64,000 nucleotides of DNA from an uncultured Desulfurococcales archaeon (lineage in GTDB: Archaea; Thermoproteota; Thermoprotei_A; EX4484-217-1), in assembly GCA_964564025.1 (NCBI GenBank), contig CAZLZO010000005.1, forward strand, positions 712 to 64,711, given 5' to 3'. Under the pieces are notes generated by a model. The model was not told where the DNA came from, searched no databases, and was given only the letters and a program-made list of their open reading frames with translations. Positions 1-9,532 of this stretch are shown in pieces (the first letter of the stretch is position 1; each line of letters starts with the position of its first letter). Made by a program: the position numbers and the translations under genes.

Positions 1-622
1 TAAATTTCACTCTAATAACTCTTCGTAAGAAAGCATCGCTAAGTTCATTTTGCGCTATATCTTCGGGGTTGCTTGTAAATATTATTTGAAAACCGTCTCC
101 TTTTGCCTTAAATATCTTTTTTAATTCTGGAACAATTATTCTACGCTTATCTACGATGTCTAAGAGCATGTTTTGAAATTCTTCACTGCTTCTTCTAATT
201 TCGTCAACTAAAACCCCAGCGTCAAGAATTAAGGCTGCAAGAAGGGGTCTTGGAATAAAGCTTTCCTCCGTAAAACCCATTTTCATTGCCATTAATGGGT
301 GGAAGTCCCCTATAACTCTATACTCATCATAGTTTTCGCTGCAGGGAAGTATGAACGCGTTTTTTCCTGACCACAGAGTCAATATAGCGTAACCTACTTC
401 AGTCTTACCCGTACCCGGTGGTCCTTCGTAAAGAACAGGTCTACTACTTAAGAAAGCTGATATTGTTATTGCAACTATTCTCTCCGGAACTATAAGCTTA
501 AATTTTTCACGTAGATATTTAGTCATTAATTTAACTGACCTAATGGGTGATGTTTTCTCTACTATAGGGTAGTATGTTTCATACACCTTCTTCTCTATTA
601 CATCTATTACTTGCTGATCCAT
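1..622 (-). CDS. MoxR-like AAA+ ATPase, runs off the window start
   Basis: Hand translation from ATG at 622: MDQQVIDVIEKK...Walker A LYEGPPGTGKT, Walker B VLVDEIRR, sensor I TSNP, ELSDAFLRR (Arg finger). Absent from the ORF track because it has no stop in the window. Confidence 0.85.
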   Translation of the reverse strand, partial: MDQQVIDVIEKKVYETYYPIVEKTSPIRSVKLMTKYLREKFKLIVPERIVAITISAFLSSRPVLYEGPPGTGKTEVGYAILTLWSGKNAFILPCSENYDEYRVIGDFHPLMAMKMGFTEESFIPRPLLAALILDAGVLVDEIRRSSEEFQNMLLDIVDKRRIIVPELKKIFKAKGDGFQIIFTSNPEDIAQNELSDAFLRRVIRVKF

Positions 623-714
623 CGCTTATCTTTCCCTTCCCAATATAAATTACTGTAGAATATTCTTTACCACAATCTATTTAATAAAGGTTAATGAAGA
701 TAAATACCAGAAAT

Positions 715-876
715 TTATAGCATACTTTCAAGTCTGTCCATTGCTTCTTCAAGTAGTTCAATTATTTTCTCAATATTGTCAGCTAATTTCTCATTTTCCT
801 CCTGTAGTTCTCTAAGAACATCTACGGCATACTCTATGTTTTCTATGGCCTCTCTTATTCTATCTTCAGTAATCAT
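715..876 (-). CDS. small acidic coiled-coil protein (53 aa)
   Basis: MITEDRIREAIENIEYAVDVLRELQEENEKLADNIEKIIELLEEAMDRLESML*; AGGTGG SD upstream; follows the DUF61 gene in the same orientation. Confidence 0.7.
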   Translation of the reverse strand: MITEDRIREAIENIEYAVDVLRELQEENEKLADNIEKIIELLEEAMDRLESML

Positions 877-898
877 AGGTAACCACCTAATGTGCTGT

Positions 899-1336
899 TT
901 AATCTCTACTTATAATGCTTTTCAGTGAAAAAGCTATTTGCGTTGTTGTTCTTAACTTCCTTCTAAGAGCCGAAATTTGAGGTCTATAAATAATAACCTC
1001 CTTTCTTCCCTGATAGTTTAGCCCAAGTATTTTAGAAACAACTTCTACCTCTACTTCCCCTCTAACTATAGCTGCTCCTTCACCATAGTCTGGGTTTAAC
1101 TCTATAGTTATGGGTAATTTTAGTTTATCCCATTTATCTTCGCTTAAAATGCTTTTTAAGAACTCTAATTCACTACGTTTAAACATGTGAATGGAACCGT
1201 CCCGTGTTAGGACATGTGGGTATTTTTCTAAGAGTGCTTCCTTTAGTGCCTTCTTTTTATAGGGTAAATGGGCATTAGCTAACCTTAAAAGCTCCTCCTT
1301 AAGTATTTCCTCGAGCACTCTTTCATTATATCTCAT
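899..1336 (-). CDS. DUF61/UPF0216 family protein
   Basis: N.HLP, RDGS.H and TTTQ.AF motifs; overlaps the atpD stop. Confidence 0.8.
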   Translation of the reverse strand: MRYNERVLEEILKEELLRLANAHLPYKKKALKEALLEKYPHVLTRDGSIHMFKRSELEFLKSILSEDKWDKLKLPITIELNPDYGEGAAIVRGEVEVEVVSKILGLNYQGRKEVIIYRPQISALRRKLRTTTQIAFSLKSIISRD

Positions 1337-1983
1337 TATCCACGCCTTCTTGACAAAATCACTTTTACTCTCTTGAGACGCGCTCTTTCTTCTCGTTCCC
1401 TTTCTTCAAATTTCATAGATAAATACTTTATCGTTGCTTCTATTCTAGGTATTAGTATGTGCTCTAATACATTAACTCTTCTACGCATTTTCCTAATTTC
1501 TATGCCTAGTCTTTCAAGAGTTTTTTCTGTTTCTCCTAGTTCCATGGATAATCTTAGGAGTTCCTCAAATCTCCTAGCAGCTTCGTCAATATAAAGTGAT
1601 GTATCTGCTATAGAATAGCCGCGTTCCGATATTGTTTTCTCGATTTTCTCCGTTTCTATTAGGGGGACTTTAACACCCATTATATTGCTTATCCCAAATA
1701 TCGCTACAATTTTTCTTTCAACAGCTAAAGCTTCCTTTTCCAAACCCTTTCTTCCATGATGGCCATAGGCTAAAGTTAAAGCTGAATATGCTTCCTCAGC
1801 TTTTTCATGCAACTTTTCTCTAAGTTTTGTTGCTTTCCTAGATATATCTAAGAACTCAGCTACTAAAATTGTGAGTCTTTCCCTAAGTATTCTATGAATT
1901 CTTTTAGCTAACACTAATCTCCGCTTAAGCCTTATTAGCTCTATTTTTGTAGGTCTTACCTTCAGCACCTTCGCTGAACTCAT
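1336..1983 (-). CDS. atpD: A/V-type ATP synthase subunit D
   Basis: VRPTKIEL..LK.RL, NIMGVKVP, RRRVNVLEH.LIP. Confidence 0.95.
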   Translation of the reverse strand: MSSAKVLKVRPTKIELIRLKRRLVLAKRIHRILRERLTILVAEFLDISRKATKLREKLHEKAEEAYSALTLAYGHHGRKGLEKEALAVERKIVAIFGISNIMGVKVPLIETEKIEKTISERGYSIADTSLYIDEAARRFEELLRLSMELGETEKTLERLGIEIRKMRRRVNVLEHILIPRIEATIKYLSMKFEEREREERARLKRVKVILSRRRG

Positions 1984-2023
1984 CAGTTATCCCTCAGTTT
2001 ATTTTCAGAGATTTTAAAAGAAG

Positions 2024-3439
2024 CTATGCTGAAGTCTTTCTCCTATATTTCGGATGATACTTTCTTATGTATTCTTCTCTTACAAGTTTAAGTTCCTCTT
2101 CAGGTATTATTGAAAGTAAATCCCATGCTATGTCAAGTGTTTCTTCAATGGTCCTTCTCTCATACTCTCCTTGCTTAATGAATTTGGCTTCGAACTCGTC
2201 TGCGAATTTAAGATATTTCTTATCTCTTTCGCTAAGTGCTTCCGTACCTATAATAACCGATAGTTCTCTTAGATGCTGACCCTCAGCATATGCTGCATAT
2301 AACTGCATAAATACATCTCTATGATCCTCTCTAGTCTTTCCAGGCCCTATACCTTCCTTCATGAGTCTTGAGAGAGATAAGAAGACATCTATTGGCGGAT
2401 ATACTCCTTTCCTATGTAAACCTCTTGACAAAACTATTTGCCCTTCAGTTATGTATCCTGTTAAATCAGGTATTGGATGAGTTATGTCATCGTCAGGCAT
2501 AGTTAATATAGGCGTTATAGTTATTGAACCTTTCTTACCCCATATTCTTCCGGCTCTCTCATACATTGTTGCTAAATCAGTGTACATGTATCCGGGATAC
2601 CCTCTTCTCCCTGGGACTTCTTCTCTTGCAGCCGATAATTCTCTTAGAGCTTCACAGTAGTTTGTCATATCGGTTAAGATTACTAGGACGTGCATATCAT
2701 GCTTCCAAGCTAAAAACTCTGCCGTTGTTAATGCTACTCTAGGAGCAGCTATTCTTTCTACCGTTGGATCAGAAGCTGTATTTACGAACACTACTGTTCT
2801 TTCCAGAGCACCTGTTTCTTCGAAGTTTCTAATGAAGAATCTTGCATCATCAAATGTTACCCCTATTGCTGCGAAAACTATTGCGAAACTTTCCTCCTTA
2901 CCTTTCACGGTTGCTTGCCTAACTATTTGCGCAGCTATTCTGTTATGAGGTAATCCTGAACCGCTAAATATAGGCAATTTCTGACCTCTAACTAGGGAGT
3001 TTAGTCCATCAATAGCTGATATTCCCGTTTCAATAAACTCTGAGGGAGGCTGTCTTGAAGCAGGGTTTATTGGTGTGCCGTTTATGTCAGCATATTCTTC
3101 AGGAACTATTGGGGGACCTCCGTCTATTGGTCTGCCTAGTCCGTCAAAAGTTCTACCTAGCATGTCAAGTGATAAAGGCATTTTAAATGTTTCTCCTTTA
3201 AACCTAACAATGCTCTTCTTTAAATCTATGTCTCTTACTCCTCCGAAAACCTGGATTACGGTAGCGTCTTTACTTACATCTACTACTTGTCCTAGCTTTA
3301 GCTCTCCTGAAGACGTTTTTACTTCAACTATTTCTCCAAACTTTATCCCTGGAACGCTTTCTACCACTAATAGGGATCCTCTTGCACTGTATAGTGAAGA
3401 TACTTCTTTAACAAAGAGTGAAAAACCTGTTTCCACCAT
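2024..3439 (-). CDS. atpB: A/V-type ATP synthase subunit B
   Basis: [44 protein letters not shown]. Confidence 0.98.
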   Translation of the reverse strand: MVETGFSLFVKEVSSLYSARGSLLVVESVPGIKFGEIVEVKTSSGELKLGQVVDVSKDATVIQVFGGVRDIDLKKSIVRFKGETFKMPLSLDMLGRTFDGLGRPIDGGPPIVPEEYADINGTPINPASRQPPSEFIETGISAIDGLNSLVRGQKLPIFSGSGLPHNRIAAQIVRQATVKGKEESFAIVFAAIGVTFDDARFFIRNFEETGALERTVVFVNTASDPTVERIAAPRVALTTAEFLAWKHDMHVLVILTDMTNYCEALRELSAAREEVPGRRGYPGYMYTDLATMYERAGRIWGKKGSITITPILTMPDDDITHPIPDLTGYITEGQIVLSRGLHRKGVYPPIDVFLSLSRLMKEGIGPGKTREDHRDVFMQLYAAYAEGQHLRELSVIIGTEALSERDKKYLKFADEFEAKFIKQGEYERRTIEETLDIAWDLLSIIPEEELKLVREEYIRKYHPKYRRKTSA

Positions 3440-3445
3440 AACGTA

Positions 3446-6400
3446 TCACCCCATTTTCTTTCCAACAAGCTCTTTGAATTCTTTATCCATTTCAAGCCAG
3501 AGTTTCTTGATTTCTTCTTCAACTTTATCGTATGGTATTTCTTTCATTCTAGCTATTCTGTATTTCACAGGTAACTTTCTTATTTCGTCAACAGTTATTC
3601 CTATTTCTAAAACGCTCTTTGCTTTCTCGTAGAACCTTATAATGGTCTTCATCATAAGATGGGTTTTTTCGGGTGGAGAGAAGGTGTCTATTTCGTGGAA
3701 AGCGTTTTGCATTAAGAAGTCTTCTCTAATCATTCTAGCTATTTCAAGCGTTAACTTGTCTTTTTCTGGAAGGGCTTCTGGACCCACTAGCCTAACTATT
3801 TCTTCAAGTTCTGCTTCTTCCTGGAGAATTCTCATTGCTGTATCGCGGATTTTTTTCCACTCCGGATCTATTTTCTTCCACCACTTTTCTACGGTTTCAA
3901 CATATAGGCTGTAACTTACGAGCCAATTTATTGCTGGGAAGTGTCTTCTATTAGCTAATGCCACATCTAATGCGAAAAGTGCTTTAACTATTCTTAAAGT
4001 GTTTTGAGTCACTGGCTCGCTAAAGTCTGCTCCAGGCGGACTTACTGCTCCAACAACAGTTACTGAGCCTACTCTTGGAGGCTCTCCTGCAACTTCAACT
4101 CTCCCTGCTCTTTCATAGAATTCTGCTAGTCTTGAACCAAGATACGCTGGGAATCCTTCTTCACCGGGCATTTCCTCAAGCCTACCGGAAATTTCTCTCA
4201 TCGCTTCAGCCCATCTCGATGTGGAATCTGCTACTAGAAGTACATCATAGCCCATGTCTCTGAAGTATTCGCCAATAGTTATTCCTAAGAAAACGCTTGT
4301 TTCTCTAGCTGCTACTGGCATGTTTGAAGTATTAGCTATGAAAATAGCTTTCTCTCTAAGGGGCCTTCCTGTTCTCGGATCTTTCAGTTTAAGGAAGCCA
4401 TAAAGTGCGTCTGCCATTTCATTTCCTCTCTCGCCACAGCCAACGTAGATGTTTAACTGGCTATAGGACCACTTGGTTAGCTGCTGTAGCGTAACTGTAT
4501 TATGGAATATTATTGGTACTTCACCGCCTATGAAATTATGGGTTTCTTCAACCGTCAAATCATAAACTATAGTAGGATAGTTACGAGTTTCAACATTAAC
4601 TACTTTGTCTAAAGCCACGCTTTCCATAGCATTCAACACTTGTTCTATGAAGTTTAATAGTTGCAAATTACCCTTATGTCTAATGGTTATGGCAAGTATT
4701 TTTTCTAAACTTCGTTTGCTAATGTTTTCTCCAAGATATAGCTGGTTACCTATGTAAATACCTCTTTTTTCAAGCTCTCTCTTAGATAGTATCCTATAGA
4801 TTTCTCTGAGAATTCTTGAGGATATGGGGATTGCCTCTCTTGCTAACCTAATTTCTCGTTTACCTTTAATATAATTCTCTAATTTAACAACCTTATCTAT
4901 CTTAGGTGCACTCTTTAATATTAGCTCATAAAACCTTTTAAGTTCTTGAATTCCTGTAACATATATTCTACTTCTTTCACCCATTTTAACTGAGTATAGT
5001 ATTCCGAGTCTGCTTAAAAGATACGTTATTCCTGTAGCTAATTTGGGAGAAACCGTTACGTATTCTATAGTGTTTTTGCTGAAACTTCCGTCTCCAAGAA
5101 ATAGGCCCCTTAAGAATGCTGCTACAATGTTATCTGGTGATTTCAAGATTTCTTTAGGAACTTTGGCATTATGTGATTTCTCCTTTTCAGGAACACCTAG
5201 CTCTCTCATCAGCCTAGCTATTAATGCTGAATGCACTTCAACTCCATATACTGTTCCGAACAATTTTTCTTTAGCATCAATGCCAAAGAGGTTCTTCATA
5301 AGATACTTGAATCTTTCACGTAATATCTTATCGTTGCTGAAGAATCTTATGCTTCTCTTCGTAATTAGGCCACCAGAAATTATTAGTCCCAGCAATTCAG
5401 CTAATTCTTCGGTTACTATGTTCGGCATTTTTATTGTAAGCTTGCCTCTTCTCAGCCCAAGAACTTTTGGATAATCTATTGAGCCATAAAGGTTCTTAAG
5501 AGCAACGATAAGCTTTAACGGTATTGAAGAGCTTCTTTTATAGGCTAAAGTCCTAATAGTTTTCTTAGAAAGACCTGTTTTCTTTAGAAGCTCGTTTAAC
5601 TTTCCCGATTTCATTGTTGCTAGCAGTAGACTCCTTAGTTCCTTATTAAATGCTTCATCCCTGCTTACCACATCATCGTATTTTGCTAATCTCTCTATAG
5701 GTAGCTTTGCCTCCTCTGTTAATATCCTTATTTTCCTTGGAATGGCTAAGAACATTCCAGCTTGAATATTTCTGGCTTCAACCTCTTCGAAGCCTTTTTC
5801 AGGGTTGAAAATCACTAGCTTGTGCTCCGGAGTAACCTTTATTTTTCTTCCGCTTGCAGTCTCTATTTCAACTATTTTGTTAGTGAATCCTCGATAAACA
5901 TGTGTTGCTTTTACAGGCTTTATCTTTTCACCGTCAAAACCTAAAAGTTCTAGAGGCTTATTTAACTTGTATACTTCTTCGGCAAATCTGCTATCTGGTT
6001 TTCCTCCTTTAGCCTCTTCAAATATCTCATCTATTATTTTGATGCTTCCATCAGATAATAAAACAGGTGTACCTGGCATGACACATTTTCCTGTTCCGAA
6101 ACCTCCGGGTATAGCTGCTTTACCTCCCTTAGCTAGCGGGAACATGTAATCAATAACTCTAGTACCTGTTATCATAGGTTCTTCAGGGTCAAGTTTTCTC
6201 CTATATGGCCTAGGTTTTCTAACAGGCCATTTATGATACATTTTTACCTCTATTTTTTCACCATTATGTTCCAGAATTACGACAGGTTCCTCTATTGTGT
6301 AGTCTCCTTCGGAAACAACTTCCTTAACCGTACCCTTAGCATCCGGAGGAATCATAACTTTGTGTTCTATTATTGGTGTTTCCGGAACTATTCCGATTAT

Positions 6401-6799
6401 TTCTCCCCCATAAACCTTAGTTCCGGGTTTTATTGTCGGTTTAAAGTGCCACTTTTTATCTCTAGGTAGTGCGTGAGCTCTAACTCCTCGTTTAACAAAG
6501 GGTCCTACTAGGGTTTCTAAAACACTTAGAGGCCTCTGCAGTCCATCATAAACTACACCAACAATTCCCGGGCCTAGTTCAGCTACTAACGGCTTTCCTG
6601 TACCTACAACTTTCTCTCCTACGGTTAAACCTGATGTATCCTCATATACCTGTATTATTGCCTTATCTCCTTCAAGACCTATTATCTCCCCTATAAGGGC
6701 TTCTTCACCTACTTCAACTACTTCATAAACTAACGAGCCCTTCATACCCTCAGCTATTACTAGGGGTCCTGAGATTCTCCAAATCTTACCTACAACCAT
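3446..6799 (-). CDS. atpA: A/V-type ATP synthase subunit A precursor containing an intein (about 588 aa after splicing)
   Basis: Walker A GGFGTGK|TV split by the insertion; [20 protein letters not shown]; likely start ATG 6799 after an AGGTGA SD. Confidence 0.97.
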   Translation of the reverse strand: MVVGKIWRISGPLVIAEGMKGSLVYEVVEVGEEALIGEIIGLEGDKAIIQVYEDTSGLTVGEKVVGTGKPLVAELGPGIVGVVYDGLQRPLSVLETLVGPFVKRGVRAHALPRDKKWHFKPTIKPGTKVYGGEIIGIVPETPIIEHKVMIPPDAKGTVKEVVSEGDYTIEEPVVILEHNGEKIEVKMYHKWPVRKPRPYRRKLDPEEPMITGTRVIDYMFPLAKGGKAAIPGGFGTGKCVMPGTPVLLSDGSIKIIDEIFEEAKGGKPDSRFAEEVYKLNKPLELLGFDGEKIKPVKATHVYRGFTNKIVEIETASGRKIKVTPEHKLVIFNPEKGFEEVEARNIQAGMFLAIPRKIRILTEEAKLPIERLAKYDDVVSRDEAFNKELRSLLLATMKSGKLNELLKKTGLSKKTIRTLAYKRSSSIPLKLIVALKNLYGSIDYPKVLGLRRGKLTIKMPNIVTEELAELLGLIISGGLITKRSIRFFSNDKILRERFKYLMKNLFGIDAKEKLFGTVYGVEVHSALIARLMRELGVPEKEKSHNAKVPKEILKSPDNIVAAFLRGLFLGDGSFSKNTIEYVTVSPKLATGITYLLSRLGILYSVKMGERSRIYVTGIQELKRFYELILKSAPKIDKVVKLENYIKGKREIRLAREAIPISSRILREIYRILSKRELEKRGIYIGNQLYLGENISKRSLEKILAITIRHKGNLQLLNFIEQVLNAMESVALDKVVNVETRNYPTIVYDLTVEETHNFIGGEVPIIFHNTVTLQQLTKWSYSQLNIYVGCGERGNEMADALYGFLKLKDPRTGRPLREKAIFIANTSNMPVAARETSVFLGITIGEYFRDMGYDVLLVADSTSRWAEAMREISGRLEEMPGEEGFPAYLGSRLAEFYERAGRVEVAGEPPRVGSVTVVGAVSPPGADFSEPVTQNTLRIVKALFALDVALANRRHFPAINWLVSYSLYVETVEKWWKKIDPEWKKIRDTAMRILQEEAELEEIVRLVGPEALPEKDKLTLEIARMIREDFLMQNAFHEIDTFSPPEKTHLMMKTIIRFYEKAKSVLEIGITVDEIRKLPVKYRIARMKEIPYDKVEEEIKKLWLEMDKEFKELVGKKMG
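4499..6085 (-). mobile_element. intein (529 aa) with LAGLIDADG homing endonuclease domain in AtpA
   Basis: Starts CVMPGTPV right after the Walker A Lys; block B TPEHKL; LAGLIDADG-like blocks LLGLIISGG and [10 protein letters not shown]; block [13 protein letters not shown]; ends IFHN followed by Thr+1. Confidence 0.97.
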
Positions 6800-6809
6800 T
6801 TCTATCACC

Positions 6810-7175
6810 TTAAAACTCAACAGCGAAACCAATTATTCTTTTAACATATTGCTTATAATATTCCTTAACATCTGGATGTATGGGTCCCTTAATTCCGGGC
6901 ATCGAAACTATTATAGGGGAAATCTTTCCCCTATGGGCAAGGATGAGGTCTTCAACATATTTTTCAAAGCTATCTTGAAGAATAATAACACCTATCTTAG
7001 GATCTCCTAGTAATTCAGAAACATGTTTTCTAACCATCTTTCTTACTCTATCTTCCGAACCTGAAACTTCAAATACTTTTGATAAACCGGCTAACCTAAA
7101 ACCTAACACTAAGTTTTCATCTCCTACTACTGCTATTTCATACTCTCTTATTTTACCTCTAGTGCTCACTTTCAC
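6810..7175 (-). CDS. atpF: A/V-type ATP synthase subunit F
   Basis: [15 protein letters not shown] motif; operon position. Confidence 0.93.
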   Translation of the reverse strand: MKVSTRGKIREYEIAVVGDENLVLGFRLAGLSKVFEVSGSEDRVRKMVRKHVSELLGDPKIGVIILQDSFEKYVEDLILAHRGKISPIIVSMPGIKGPIHPDVKEYYKQYVKRIIGFAVEF

Positions 7176-8329
7176 GCACTCCCCGGTTTAAAATAGGGTA
7201 AGTATTTTTCGTAAGGTATTTTTTGGAAGAATATTCTAAAGAGTAAGAGTGTAAGTCTAAGTTCCTTTTCTTTAATAAGGAAGTAATGTAATAAAACAGC
7301 TGGTGTATGCATAGCTGTAGAAATGTTTTCCTTTATTTTACTAAGTGAATAATCTAAAATTGTTTTTTCAACAAGCAACGGGTCTTTAGTTGTTTTGTAA
7401 ATATCTACTATTCTCCTCCCAATTTCCGAATACGGTGTATATTCAAGTTTTTCAGAAAGTTTCTCTAATGTTCTAGCATCTAAGAAGCTTTTAACATTAT
7501 CTTTAGTTAAAACGTAGTAAACTTCAGGTATAATTTCCAAAATGCCCTGTGGTTTGCCGGAAGCAACAGCTCTCACTGCTGCATTTACGATGTTGAGGTC
7601 TATTAAAGAACCTATTGCTGGTAGAAGTTGCTCCCTACCTCTAAGTTTTAATGCTATTTTTAAGAGTTTCGAGAAATATTCTTCATCCAACTTTTTCTCT
7701 AAAATCATTCTTGCTTTAAATGATTCATGTTCAGAAGTTATTTTCGCCTGCATTTCTTCTATGATTACTGAGTAATCATAGAGCCCAGCTTGTCTCACAA
7801 CATTTACAACATCGTCTATTGATGTTGCTTCTTCAAGCTTACTTAACATGTTGCTTTCGAAAATTTTACCTAGCGGAACAAAGTTTACTTTATGGAGGGA
7901 TTTTGATGCAAGTCTTCTAATAACCTGTTTAATATTGAATAAGTCGAATTTTTCAATGAAAACATCATATAGTTTTAAACTGTCTTTTGGGAGATAGGTT
8001 TTTATGAACATGTAATCTTTAGACAAATACTCATATACCATATTTTCAACATCATCATATGTTTTTATTAATGCTGCTCTTTCGGAAATATATGCTCCAA
8101 GCTCTGTTGCGCCTATTGCTTCAAGTGCTTCATCTAAGCTCTTCTTTCTAAGTGCTTCGATAATATGCTCTTCAGTTATGCGTTTAGCTTCTTTACCCTT
8201 AAGGAGGGATGCTAAGAAACCGTAGGCACAGTATCTCCTAGTACTTAAGCTTGTGAAGTAAGCTAATATGAATAGGAAAGCTATGGGAGCTAGAAAAACA
8301 GTTAAATAAGTTATTATCTCTTCATTCAT
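7172..8329 (-). CDS. atpC: A/V-type ATP synthase subunit C (d), with N-terminal hydrophobic segment
   Basis: D..NIK..IR and KEKELR motifs; position between E and F; ATG 8329 avoids overlap with atpE. Confidence 0.85.
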   Translation of the reverse strand: MNEEIITYLTVFLAPIAFLFILAYFTSLSTRRYCAYGFLASLLKGKEAKRITEEHIIEALRKKSLDEALEAIGATELGAYISERAALIKTYDDVENMVYEYLSKDYMFIKTYLPKDSLKLYDVFIEKFDLFNIKQVIRRLASKSLHKVNFVPLGKIFESNMLSKLEEATSIDDVVNVVRQAGLYDYSVIIEEMQAKITSEHESFKARMILEKKLDEEYFSKLLKIALKLRGREQLLPAIGSLIDLNIVNAAVRAVASGKPQGILEIIPEVYYVLTKDNVKSFLDARTLEKLSEKLEYTPYSEIGRRIVDIYKTTKDPLLVEKTILDYSLSKIKENISTAMHTPAVLLHYFLIKEKELRLTLLLFRIFFQKIPYEKYLPYFKPGSA

Positions 8330-8333
8330 TGAC

Positions 8334-8933
8334 CTATTCACCGAAGAGTTCTCTTGAAATTTCCGGTAAAAGCCTTGAAAGAGCCATTTCAAGCCTTGTT
8401 TCGTAGCTATTATCTATTCTGAATTTTCCGTCGATAGTTTCTACTATTACTCCGCCACTGATATTAGCTTCCCTAATGTCTTTTACCTTGCTTGTGAGTT
8501 TTAACTCCCTAAGTACTTCTCTAATTTCCTTCAAGTCTCCCTTATTTGCGTAAATGATAATATCTGTTGGTGGAAGAGTTTTCACTGCTTCATGAATAAG
8601 CTTTTTAAGCGATTCTCTATAGTTAAAACCCTTTCTCTTAATCTCTTCTCTAACACGTTCGATTATTACATCAATTATTTTTCTCTTAACTTCTGACTGA
8701 TCTTTTCTCGCTTTGAGCATTGCTTTAACTATTATTGCTCTTGCTTTCCTCTTGGCTTCACTAATTATTCTTGCCTCCTCTCTTTCCTGCTCTTGTTTTC
8801 TCCTGAGCTTTGCTTTATTAATTATTTCTTCTGCTTCCTTACGTGCTTTCTCAAGTATCTCTTCTGCTACAGCCCGTGCTCTGTCGAGTATTGCCTTGCT
8901 TACTCTCTCAAATGTCGTTTCTTCAGCGCTCAA
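8334..8933 (-). CDS. atpE: A/V-type ATP synthase subunit E
   Basis: N-terminal coiled coil, ISGGVIVET.DG..RIDNSYETRL. Confidence 0.93.
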   Translation of the reverse strand: MSAEETTFERVSKAILDRARAVAEEILEKARKEAEEIINKAKLRRKQEQEREEARIISEAKRKARAIIVKAMLKARKDQSEVKRKIIDVIIERVREEIKRKGFNYRESLKKLIHEAVKTLPPTDIIIYANKGDLKEIREVLRELKLTSKVKDIREANISGGVIVETIDGKFRIDNSYETRLEMALSRLLPEISRELFGE

Positions 8934-8964
8934 CCTTCATCTCCCTTCTAAAGATTTTATGGTT

Positions 8965-9447
8965 TTATATTACGAGGATTAGAGTTAGTATTGCGAAGAC
9001 CATTCCGAGGATTCCGAAGAGCTCTGCATAAACTGCTAAGATAATTGATGGTCCTATGTTTTGGCCCTTAGTTTTAGGTAGAAACGCTATACCTGAAGAA
9101 CATATTACTCCTTGATATGCTGCTGAAAATCCTTCGGCAAAGGCTACTACGAGCCCTACTCCGAGAACCATTAGTCCCTTCTGTAGTGCTTCATCAGCTG
9201 GTAGTGCTTGTATTCCGGGCAGTATCTGCGTTATTATGTACAATAATATTATTAGTCCATAGAATGTTTGCGTCATAGGCAGTGATGCAAGTAGTAGTAC
9301 GTTTCTAAACTGCTTAGGGTCTTCGGAAATAGCTGCTGCACCTGCCGATCCAGCAACGCCTATCCCTATAGATGATCCGACTAGCCCTCCTGCCAGAGCT
9401 AATGTCCCACCTATTATTGCGAGTGCTGGTGCAATACCTATTTCCAT
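8965..9447 (-). CDS. atpK: A/V-type ATP synthase proteolipid subunit K (c), duplicated 4-TM form
   Basis: GSSIGIG.AG.AG; LPMTQTFYGL; SAAYQG; YAELFGILG. Confidence 0.95.
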   Translation of the reverse strand: MEIGIAPALAIIGGTLALAGGLVGSSIGIGVAGSAGAAAISEDPKQFRNVLLLASLPMTQTFYGLIILLYIITQILPGIQALPADEALQKGLMVLGVGLVVAFAEGFSAAYQGVICSSGIAFLPKTKGQNIGPSIILAVYAELFGILGMVFAILTLILVI

Positions 9448-9532
9448 GCTTATTTACCCCTTTTTCCTTTTTCCATTGCATAGGTTTTTAATTTTTACAT
9501 TATAGACTTATAGATTAAGTGACCATGACATA

